Positions 56,704-64,000 of a DNA stretch of 64,000 bases are shown here, in pieces. Source of the DNA: an uncultured Aminicenantes bacterium (lineage in GTDB: Bacteria; Acidobacteriota; Aminicenantia; UBA2199); contig CBDAFS010000039.1 in assembly GCA_965195285.1 (NCBI GenBank), positions 74,882-138,881 of the forward strand, written 5' to 3'. The notes beneath the pieces were generated by a model, which was given only the letters and a program-made list of their open reading frames with translations, made no database searches and was not told the origin of the DNA. The stretch's first letter is position 1; every line of letters starts with the position of its first letter. The position numbers and the translations under genes are program-made.

Positions 56704-58239
56704 TTATTGACCTGCGGCCTTCGATGATTGTTGTAAAGACTTCACCACCTTATCAATACCCAGTGACGATCCCATGACCGGCGGGAACTCTTTGAAGCTC
56801 AACAAAAATTTTGTAGTAATTTCCTGAGCAGGAACAAAGGTCCACATATTATCAGCATACCAGCGGGTATACAAAGCGGATTTATAAGATACTTCTAAGG
56901 GATCAGCGCGGAGGTTGATAAGTATCGGCCAGGCCGGTGATTTGCGATAGGCAGTGTTAATGCCTCCTTCCATAATGGTGAAGTGGACTTTCCAATCCAT
57001 GTAGCGCAGGGCATTCAGGTTGCCGCCTTGATCAAAGTAGAAGTACTCCTTGCGGGGAGATTCTTTAACTTTTCCCTGGAAAAAGGGCATCATGTTATAA
57101 CCATCAAGGTGAACCTTAAAGGTTTTTTTACCAATTCTATACCCTTTCAGCAGTTTTTGTTTGACATCGGGAATACCGGCTGCAGCCAGCAAGGTAGGCA
57201 TCATATCTTCATGGGAGAAAATGTCGTTGTAAACAGTACCGGGCTTGATTACGTCGGGCCAACGAATCATGGTGGGTACCCGATGACCACCTTCCCAGGT
57301 GGTACCTTTTTCTCCAGCAAACGGTGTGGTCCCGCCGTCGGGCCAGGTAAATTTCTCTGCGCCGTTGTCAGTGGAATACATGATAATGGTTTTGTCAATG
57401 ATACCAAGATCTTCCAGCTTCTTGAGTACATCGCCAATAGCAGCATCATGTTCTACCATACCATCCGGATAAAGTCCAATGCCTGTTTTTCCATAACTTT
57501 CAGCTTTCAGGTGCGTCCAAACATGCATCCGGGTGGAGTTTAGCCATACAAAAAATGGCTTGTTGGCGTTGTGAGCTTTTTCGATAAATTTAATGGCGGC
57601 ATTTGTAAATTCTTCGTCAGCGGTTTCCATCCGTTTCCGGGTCATGGGGCCGGTATCCTGGATTTTACCGTCCGCATAACTGTGGAGAACCCCGCGGGGT
57701 CCGAATTTTTTGTGGAAGGCATGATCTTTTGGGTAATAATAGGTTTCCGGTTCTTCTTCGGCATTTAAATGATAAAGATTTCCAAAAAACTCATCAAAAC
57801 CATGGTTGGTGGGAAGATGATCATCCCGGTCTCCCAGATGGTTTTTCCCGAATTGTCCGGTGACATATCCAAGCGGTTTGAGTAACTCGGCAATAGTGAC
57901 CTGATTGGGCTTAATCCCCTGTTCTGCCCCGGGCATACCGATAGTGAGCAGACCGGTTCTGAAGGGATGCTGCCCCAGTATAAAGGCAGCCCGTCCCGCT
58001 GTACAGGATTGCTGGGCATACCAGTCGGTAAACATGGCGCCTTCTTTGGCCAGCCGGTCGATGTTGGGGGTTTTGTAGCCCATCATACCGTGGTTGTAGG
58101 CGCTGATGTTGAACCAGCCAATATCGTCACCCCAGATAACCAGGATGTTGGGTTTCTGGGTTTCGGCTATGGCGGGACTTGCCAAACATGCAACGACAAT
58201 GAGTAGCGTTAAAAATTTTACGAATTGATTTTTACTCAT
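56704..58239 (-). CDS. arylsulfatase (Cys-type formylglycine sulfatase), secreted
   Basis: Signal peptide, KPNILVIWGDDIG, SCTAGRAA, GKNHLG, TDNG, KGTTWEGG. Confidence 0.95.
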   Translation of the reverse strand: MSKNQFVKFLTLLIVVACLASPAIAETQKPNILVIWGDDIGWFNISAYNHGMMGYKTPNIDRLAKEGAMFTDWYAQQSCTAGRAAFILGQHPFRTGLLTIGMPGAEQGIKPNQVTIAELLKPLGYVTGQFGKNHLGDRDDHLPTNHGFDEFFGNLYHLNAEEEPETYYYPKDHAFHKKFGPRGVLHSYADGKIQDTGPMTRKRMETADEEFTNAAIKFIEKAHNANKPFFVWLNSTRMHVWTHLKAESYGKTGIGLYPDGMVEHDAAIGDVLKKLEDLGIIDKTIIMYSTDNGAEKFTWPDGGTTPFAGEKGTTWEGGHRVPTMIRWPDVIKPGTVYNDIFSHEDMMPTLLAAAGIPDVKQKLLKGYRIGKKTFKVHLDGYNMMPFFQGKVKESPRKEYFYFDQGGNLNALRYMDWKVHFTIMEGGINTAYRKSPAWPILINLRADPLEVSYKSALYTRWYADNMWTFVPAQEITTKFLLSFKEFPPVMGSSLGIDKVVKSLQQSSKAAGQ

Positions 58240-58336
58240 GTTTTCTCCTTGTTTTTATTTGCATTTTTTATTAACTATAACACGATTATTTTTTTTTTCA
58301 ATCAAAATTTTAAAAATATTACCATTTTTGTAGCTT

Positions 58337-59254
58337 TTACCTGCCTCCCCAGCGGTACTGGTACGACAATGCCAGGATATCAAAATCAGCTCCGTAACGA
58401 ACCGTAAGCCCGGACATATAGGTAAGCATGACAGCATGTCCCCTGCGCAATGGAACGGCCAGAGTTACCCCCAGGCGGGTATTGTTTTGAGAGTCCTCTC
58501 TGTCATCCTCATTTAGGGTTGTTTTGCCTCCCCAGCTGCGGCCCGCTGATAGGGCTACCCAAAACCCTCTCTTAAAACGGTAGGCCAGGTGCAATTGAAG
58601 CGCATAGAGGGGCTCCTGGGAAATGATATTGCCCACGTAGTAGCTGGTATTATCGGTAAAAAACTTGACGCTGGCTGAGGTCTCCAGAATAAATCTACCC
58701 AGATTTAACGCCGCCCCGATACTGGGTTTAAACATCCAGCGGTTGGTGCCCAGATTGACCAGTTTGTCGCCATCATACTGCCCCAGCGGGATTCGAACCT
58801 GAAAACTGGCACCCATAACGAACCTTTCGGTAAATCTGATAAAATCCCGGCTAACCATGGCCGGGGTGCCCACGATATTGATCCCAAAACTTACCTGTGG
58901 ATCACCAAAACCGGTACGGGTAGCACTGGCTGGTTCCCCCTCGAGCAATCCTTGCCAGGTACCGTGGCTGAATGGAATAGCGACATTAAGTTTCGCCAGT
59001 CTGCCAAATACATTGATAGTGGTCGCATAGGCCATTACCAGAGAATGTATCTTGGCCTCGGCTCCCTCAACCGGTAAGGATGCATCAAGCAAGATATTAC
59101 CGTCCGAATAGCTGTAGCCAACCATCAGGATATTCAAACCGACCGGAGCACTCGCCTGTGCTCGCGGTTCAAGGTCCTGGGCAAGAACACTCACATTCAG
59201 GAGCATGAGACCGAATATCAGCATGAGGATAATTCTTCCACTCAATGTGATCAT
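58337..59254 (-). CDS. outer-membrane transporter-like beta-barrel (phenol degradation meta-pathway/SphA-like)
   Basis: Signal peptide, QDLEPRA, GFGDP, PLGQYD..KLVNLGTNRW, C-terminal YQYRW. Confidence 0.78.
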   Translation of the reverse strand: MITLSGRIILMLIFGLMLLNVSVLAQDLEPRAQASAPVGLNILMVGYSYSDGNILLDASLPVEGAEAKIHSLVMAYATTINVFGRLAKLNVAIPFSHGTWQGLLEGEPASATRTGFGDPQVSFGINIVGTPAMVSRDFIRFTERFVMGASFQVRIPLGQYDGDKLVNLGTNRWMFKPSIGAALNLGRFILETSASVKFFTDNTSYYVGNIISQEPLYALQLHLAYRFKRGFWVALSAGRSWGGKTTLNEDDREDSQNNTRLGVTLAVPLRRGHAVMLTYMSGLTVRYGADFDILALSYQYRWGGR

Positions 59255-59305
59255 TATTTTTATTGCTTATTCCTGTTGACTTTTTTTAAAGAAGTCAATT
59301 CTGTT

Positions 59306-59719
59306 TCACTTTTTTGATTTCCGGATAAATATCACTTCAAAGGTCTGCTTCAAATGGGCCTGATAGTAAAAACCGGCCAACGCATCCTTTTCAGCGTAAT
59401 AATAGAGTGTATAGGTGGATCCGGGATAGCCTTTATCCTGTAATTTGATAAATAGTTTTACATATCCCTTCCACAAGGAAACCTTGGCTTCCGCTATGTT
59501 GATTTGATTGGGATTATAGTACCCTGCATCAACCGAACCATCGGGTTCGATCTTCTCTACACGGATCACATATCCCCCATCTTGCCGAATCCAATCACCG
59601 ATAATAACCTTAAAATCAGGCTTTTTTTCAGACATTGCTGCTTCCACTATGGGAAAACCCAAAAACCCTACCAATAGGGCCAGCAGTACCCCTGCTTTTA
59701 CATGGCTTCTTCTTTGCAT
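59306..59719 (-). CDS. conserved hypothetical exported protein
   Basis: Signal-like segment; GDWIRQDGGYVI, YYNP, YPGSTYTL; AGGAG RBS upstream of ATG. Confidence 0.7.
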   Translation of the reverse strand: MQRRSHVKAGVLLALLVGFLGFPIVEAAMSEKKPDFKVIIGDWIRQDGGYVIRVEKIEPDGSVDAGYYNPNQINIAEAKVSLWKGYVKLFIKLQDKGYPGSTYTLYYYAEKDALAGFYYQAHLKQTFEVIFIRKSKK

Positions 59720-59820
59720 TTTATTTCTTCTTCTCCTTGCCCTCAACCATCAGACCCTCTTAAAAATTATCTTTACCTTTTTCCTCCTCAGGTTATTTTT
59801 TTCCTTTTACTTTTTTGAAG

Positions 59821-60642
59821 TTATTTTTTTGGAAACAACAGGGTTAATTGCATACGCAAGGACCAATCCGCATATAAAGTATCCGGATGCACAACATTGT
59901 AGTAAGCCTGAACAGTGACATTGATGGGTTGTCGACCCAATTTGTGCAGCTTTCCAATACCAATACCGAATGGTAACAGCCATTTGTTACTGCCGGAGGC
60001 TTTCCAGTTGGCCGTTATAATGGGAGAACTAGTAATGTACCAACCTTTGGGTAAATTATAGTTGATAAAATACTGAATCACCATTTGATTAATATCAGCT
60101 CGGTCGGATTTTCCGGCAACGGACCAGATATTGCTGGCCAGGATGCCGATGGTCCACTTTCCCGGCATGGCCAGCAAAACCACTGAAGGCCCGATTCCCC
60201 ACTTACCCGTTCCCAGTGTTTCCTGGGTGGCAGTGGGAAGCAGAAAAGTGGGTCCGACACCCCAAATTATTCTGCCCGGTTTGGCCGGGGATATAAAAAA
60301 GGTGGGATTAATATCGCCCAGGCCGAAATCGCCGCCATTTGTCTGAGCAAAATCAGGTTGATATACAATGGGAACTATGGTACGGGTAATGATATTCCAT
60401 TTTTTACCTGAAAAGGGATAAACCGGCTGGATGTTTATAATATTCTGAGTCCGGTCATACTCCCCCATTCCAAAATTGGTATTGTTCTGTAAAGGGAAGC
60501 TGATCATGTTGGCCACCGGATTCTGAGCTGCTTTGGCTAAATCTTCGGCACTGACATCTTCACCAAAACAAGGTATTGAAATTGGACCCACCATTATTAC
60601 TAAATTAACGGTTAATGACATAATTATATTCTTTATCTTCAT
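59821..60642 (-). CDS. outer-membrane beta-barrel protein
   Basis: LAKAAQNPVANMISFPLQNN, NIQPVYPF, GLGDI, WGVGP, LGTGKW, ends LLFPKK. Confidence 0.78.
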   Translation of the reverse strand: MKIKNIIMSLTVNLVIMVGPISIPCFGEDVSAEDLAKAAQNPVANMISFPLQNNTNFGMGEYDRTQNIINIQPVYPFSGKKWNIITRTIVPIVYQPDFAQTNGGDFGLGDINPTFFISPAKPGRIIWGVGPTFLLPTATQETLGTGKWGIGPSVVLLAMPGKWTIGILASNIWSVAGKSDRADINQMVIQYFINYNLPKGWYITSSPIITANWKASGSNKWLLPFGIGIGKLHKLGRQPINVTVQAYYNVVHPDTLYADWSLRMQLTLLFPKK

Positions 60643-60809
60643 TTTCACCTTCTCATTTTTATTTTAACAAAATTACTTTTTTTAAGATAATCTTTTTTTG
60701 AAAAATATTATAAAAATAAAAATTTAAGTTTTAGATCATGCTATAATCGGACCAAATTTCGATTTGTTTTTTTTCCCAAATAATATAAAATATAATCAAA
60801 AAGGAGAAC

Positions 60810-61373
60810 ATGATGAGAATATTAAAAACCTTGTTCCTTTTGACTTTTGGTCTTTTATTTTTAAACTCAGCCTGTAAAGTCAGTACCACACCAGGTAATT
60901 CCCAAGACACCTTCAGCGCCCGAATCGCTCAGGTTACAGGCACTGTTTCCGGTAGACTGACATTGACAGTTGAGCAATGGACCACTCCGGTGGAGAGACA
61001 ACATCTCTTTAACATTCTTCAGACAGGTGGTTCAGATGCCCTGGTTAAAGAGTTAAGAAATAAGAAAGTTGGTTATTTTCGCCTGGCCAGAGCGACTTCC
61101 GAGTCCATAAATTTTGCCATTTCCCGTCAGACCGAAAAGGGGCTTTTGATTCGTCTGGTGGCGGCACGTCCCATCCATTTCGGAGAGTTCAAGGCTCATA
61201 CCCAATCCCAGCAATATGAATTCGGATTCATTGAATTTATTCTGGATCAGAAAGGCAAGGGCGAAGGCCGGATTTTGCCGGCAGTAAAAATCAGGATCAA
61301 TAAACAAGGAATGCTGAATATAGAATCTCTGGGTTACGAACCATTAAAGCTCAGCAATGTAATTAAAAAATAG
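60810..61373 (+). CDS. hypothetical lipoprotein
   Basis: Signal with LNSAC lipobox; AAGGAG RBS. Confidence 0.75.
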   Translation: MMRILKTLFLLTFGLLFLNSACKVSTTPGNSQDTFSARIAQVTGTVSGRLTLTVEQWTTPVERQHLFNILQTGGSDALVKELRNKKVGYFRLARATSESINFAISRQTEKGLLIRLVAARPIHFGEFKAHTQSQQYEFGFIEFILDQKGKGEGRILPAVKIRINKQGMLNIESLGYEPLKLSNVIKK

Positions 61374-61383
61374 AAAAAGAACA

Positions 61384-62412
61384 TTGAGAATAATAAACTT
61401 CTTCCTGATTTCATTTTTTTTCTTCGGAACCTCATTGGGAGCAACTACTCCGGGAGAGAATCAATCTTCCGATGGCGGGTTTGTCTTTTTCAGCCGTCCC
61501 GATCCCATCGGCACTCCAACTCTGGTCAAGGCCGGCATGGTGTTTCTGGATGTTAAAAAAATTGATGATGTGGAACAAAACTTTGATGCGGATATTTTTA
61601 TGACGGTTGGATGGTTTGATCCCAGGCTGGCAGATAAAACCGCCTCCGGTGTGCGTTTTTTCAGGATGAATGATATCTGGCAGCCACATGTGACCATTTA
61701 TAATCCCCGGAAACTGGACAAACAAATGGATGATGTTTTTATAGTTGATCCCCAAGGAAATGTCCAATACCAGCAGCGCTTCATCGGAAAACTCTCTTCT
61801 CCTCTGAACCTGAAGGATTTCCCATTCGACCGGCAGACCTTACCGGTCACCCTGCTCTCCATCCGTTATGGACCGGAAGAGATTGATCTACAGGTGGATG
61901 AAAAGCGTTTTACTATGCAGAAAGGTACTTCAGTTGTGGGCTGGTCAGTAAAATTAGACAAACCCAGGGTGGGGAGTGAATACTTTGACGTTCAGGACCG
62001 CTATCTGTCCCGTATCGATTTCAATCTGGCTGCTCAACGCCATACCCGGCATTACCTGTTAAAAATTATCTTCCCGATGCTGTTAATCATTTTTATGGCC
62101 TGGGCCGTATTCTGGATCGATCCCTCCATGATCGGTACCCAGATCGGTGTGGCTACCGCCTCGGTCTTTTCTCTGATTTTGTTTCATTTCCGGGTTGGCC
62201 AGTTGCTCCCCAAGGTTTCTTATCTCACCCGTTTGGACAAGGCAGTACTGGGTGCCACCCTGGTAGTCTTTTTTGCCCTGGCCATAACCATCATTACCAG
62301 CCGGCTGGCAAAAAGCGGGAAGGAAGAACTGGGAAGAAAATTTGACCGCTGGTCCCGCTGGATCTACCTGGGTTTGGTGGTTTTTTTAGCTCTTTACAGC
62401 TTTGTATTTTAA
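61384..62412 (+). CDS. pentameric ligand-gated ion channel (GLIC/ELIC-like)
   Basis: Signal peptide, WFDPRL, IWQP, Pro-loop LKDFPFDRQTL, M1 KIIFPMLLI, M2-M3 loop LPKVSYLTRLD, four TM helices. Confidence 0.9.
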   Translation: MRIINFFLISFFFFGTSLGATTPGENQSSDGGFVFFSRPDPIGTPTLVKAGMVFLDVKKIDDVEQNFDADIFMTVGWFDPRLADKTASGVRFFRMNDIWQPHVTIYNPRKLDKQMDDVFIVDPQGNVQYQQRFIGKLSSPLNLKDFPFDRQTLPVTLLSIRYGPEEIDLQVDEKRFTMQKGTSVVGWSVKLDKPRVGSEYFDVQDRYLSRIDFNLAAQRHTRHYLLKIIFPMLLIIFMAWAVFWIDPSMIGTQIGVATASVFSLILFHFRVGQLLPKVSYLTRLDKAVLGATLVVFFALAITIITSRLAKSGKEELGRKFDRWSRWIYLGLVVFLALYSFVF

Positions 62413-62418
62413 GACAGC

Positions 62419-63930
62419 TTATTTATTGTTGGTTAGCTGTCGCTTCATTTCCAGGACCGTTTTGGAAAGCAAAAAAGAAAGGTAATAGCGGTTGATATTG
62501 CGTACATAGTGGACCGGTTCCAATCCCACGGCACTCAGAGTGCCCATCTCGGTGTGAGAAAACCAGCGATTGGGATCATGACCCATTTTTTGAGTCATTC
62601 GTCTCGATTTCCTGATGTTTCCCGGGCCGGTATTATAGGCAGCCAGCGCGAAACGCAATTGGTCGTCTTTGGTCATCGATTTGTCACTGAAGTAGTGAAC
62701 TATCAACCAGTGCATATATTTCACCCCGGCATGTATGTTTTTCTCCGGGACAGTAATATCTTCGAAACCCATATCTTTGGCAGTTGCCGGCAATAACTGC
62801 ATCAGGCCTATAGCTCCCATATTTGAGCGGACCTGGGAGTTAAATCCCGATTCCTGAAAGGCCTGGGCAGCCAGGAGTATCCAGTCCAGTTTGTAGCGAT
62901 CACCGTATTTTTTGAACAGGGGAGCATAATGGGAAAAACGATCCATATCTCCTCTGGAAAGGGCCTGTCGGGCCCAGGGATTTTTCTTGAAGTAGCGGTT
63001 AAAAAAGATATTCCCCTTCAGGGTTCCCTTTTTAACCGTTTTGATAAAATCATTTAGGCTCTCTCTGAGTTGGGGATTGTTCCGGCGCACCATCCAACCC
63101 AGATTCACTTTATCATTTAGAACCACTCGACGATGAATTTTAATTTCCGGCAGCAACTTTTCAGCTATGTTAGCAATGTGACTATCGGCGATCGTTCGTT
63201 TAATAATCCCGGCATTTACCATTTCGATAATCTCGCCTGTATTCATAAATCCGGACAGGATTTTGATCGAGATGGGCGATAATTCCTTGGCTTTTAATTG
63301 TTTGTTGAGCTGTACTAAACGATAATAATAGCTACTCTCTTCTCTGACATAAATTTCAGTTCCGGCTAGATCTTCGAGTTTATTTATCTCTTTTATCCCC
63401 TTTTGAGTGACCAGAAGTTCTTTTAGTTCCAGTAGATAGGGATTAGTAAATTTCACTTCATTTTCTCTTTGCGGCAGGATAGTCAGGTTTGCGGCAACAA
63501 TGTCTCCGTAGCCTTTCCTCAGAGCCTTAAGCAACAAATGATAGGGAATCGGGATGTAATAAAATTGCAGGGGAACCAACCTGCGGCTGCGATTTCTGTT
63601 CAAATGTTTTTTATATTCCTCCATCATGGCGTATTCAAAACCAAGGGTCTGTCCCTCGTGAATAAAATAGTTTCCATAACCGTAGGTGGTCAAAACCCGG
63701 ATTCTGCCCGTTTTTAACATCTGGTCGAGGTCGTTGCGATACTCTTCCAGGATTCCTGAATCCATTTTTAGGACTTCGGTTAATTTAACGCGGAAAGTAT
63801 CCTGCTCCTTTTCCGCCTTTTCAGATTGGCCTTCCCGGGTTGGAGATGAGGATAAGAACAAAAACATGGCAATGGTCATTAAACCAAATACTCCAACAAA
63901 AACTTTTTTCTTAGAATAAAAACTTTTCAT
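62419..63930 (-). CDS. mltF: MltF-like lytic transglycosylase (PBP2 substrate-binding domain plus SLT domain); start uncertain
   Basis: GFEY, GYGDIVAANLT, AQAFQESGF, GAIGLMQ, AAYNTGPG, EPVHYVRNI. Confidence 0.85.
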   Translation of the reverse strand: MKSFYSKKKVFVGVFGLMTIAMFLFLSSSPTREGQSEKAEKEQDTFRVKLTEVLKMDSGILEEYRNDLDQMLKTGRIRVLTTYGYGNYFIHEGQTLGFEYAMMEEYKKHLNRNRSRRLVPLQFYYIPIPYHLLLKALRKGYGDIVAANLTILPQRENEVKFTNPYLLELKELLVTQKGIKEINKLEDLAGTEIYVREESSYYYRLVQLNKQLKAKELSPISIKILSGFMNTGEIIEMVNAGIIKRTIADSHIANIAEKLLPEIKIHRRVVLNDKVNLGWMVRRNNPQLRESLNDFIKTVKKGTLKGNIFFNRYFKKNPWARQALSRGDMDRFSHYAPLFKKYGDRYKLDWILLAAQAFQESGFNSQVRSNMGAIGLMQLLPATAKDMGFEDITVPEKNIHAGVKYMHWLIVHYFSDKSMTKDDQLRFALAAYNTGPGNIRKSRRMTQKMGHDPNRWFSHTEMGTLSAVGLEPVHYVRNINRYYLSFLLSKTVLEMKRQLTNNK

Positions 63931-64000
63931 TGTTTTACTTATTGTAGGCCCAGCCAAGTGAGACAGAAATACCAAAATCATTTTTTTCAAAATCAATATC

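Noticed and set aside
59276-59298. TTGACTT-N9-AAGTCAA palindrome between sulfatase-locus genes
   Set aside because: Single instance; could be an operator or weak hairpin but no supporting second copy was found
232-63919. Numerous 60-190 aa ORFs overlapping or antisense to long genes
   Set aside because: Shadow frames of well-supported CDSs with no motifs or RBS
1-64000. CRISPR array, tRNA, rRNA, integrase or transposase
   Set aside because: No regularly spaced repeat-spacer array, RNA-gene signature or recombinase/transposase motif recognised by eye; a covariance-model scan was not possible

Overview
Bacterial genomic window, probably from a diderm anaerobe (ETF, anaerobic sulfatase maturase, lipoproteins, outer-membrane barrels). 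Taxon cannot be fixed from sequence alone. (1) 1-8295: visibly AT-rich accessory island with an orphan LivK-type binding protein and a tightly coupled five-gene candidate defence operon (C5 DNA methyltransferase, MORC/GHKL ATPase-histidine kinase fusion, receiver-domain protein, HNH nuclease, Mig/MutY-like glycosylase). (2) 12997-16860: SynChlorMet-type RiPP cassette (PqqD/RRE, two radical SAM/SPASM enzymes, HprK-like ScmC). It includes a 78-aa precursor with six Cys exactly 10 residues apart and a truncated S26 peptidase stub not in the ORF track. (3) 16938-38665: housekeeping genes (etfBA, purH, maf, pilBTCSR, ruvCAB, yebC, thiC, DnaJ-like), with tandem NrdR-like boxes unexpectedly in front of a lytic transglycosylase. 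(4) 42921-60648: sulfatase locus with maturase, MoxR/vWA/Bat module and outer-membrane barrels, containing a cytochrome b/Rieske/octaheme-TPR unit. (5) 60810-63930: lipoprotein, pentameric ligand-gated ion channel and an MltF-like gene. No rRNA, tRNA, CRISPR array, integrase or transposase was recognised. All calls come from motif reading by eye; no database searches were run.
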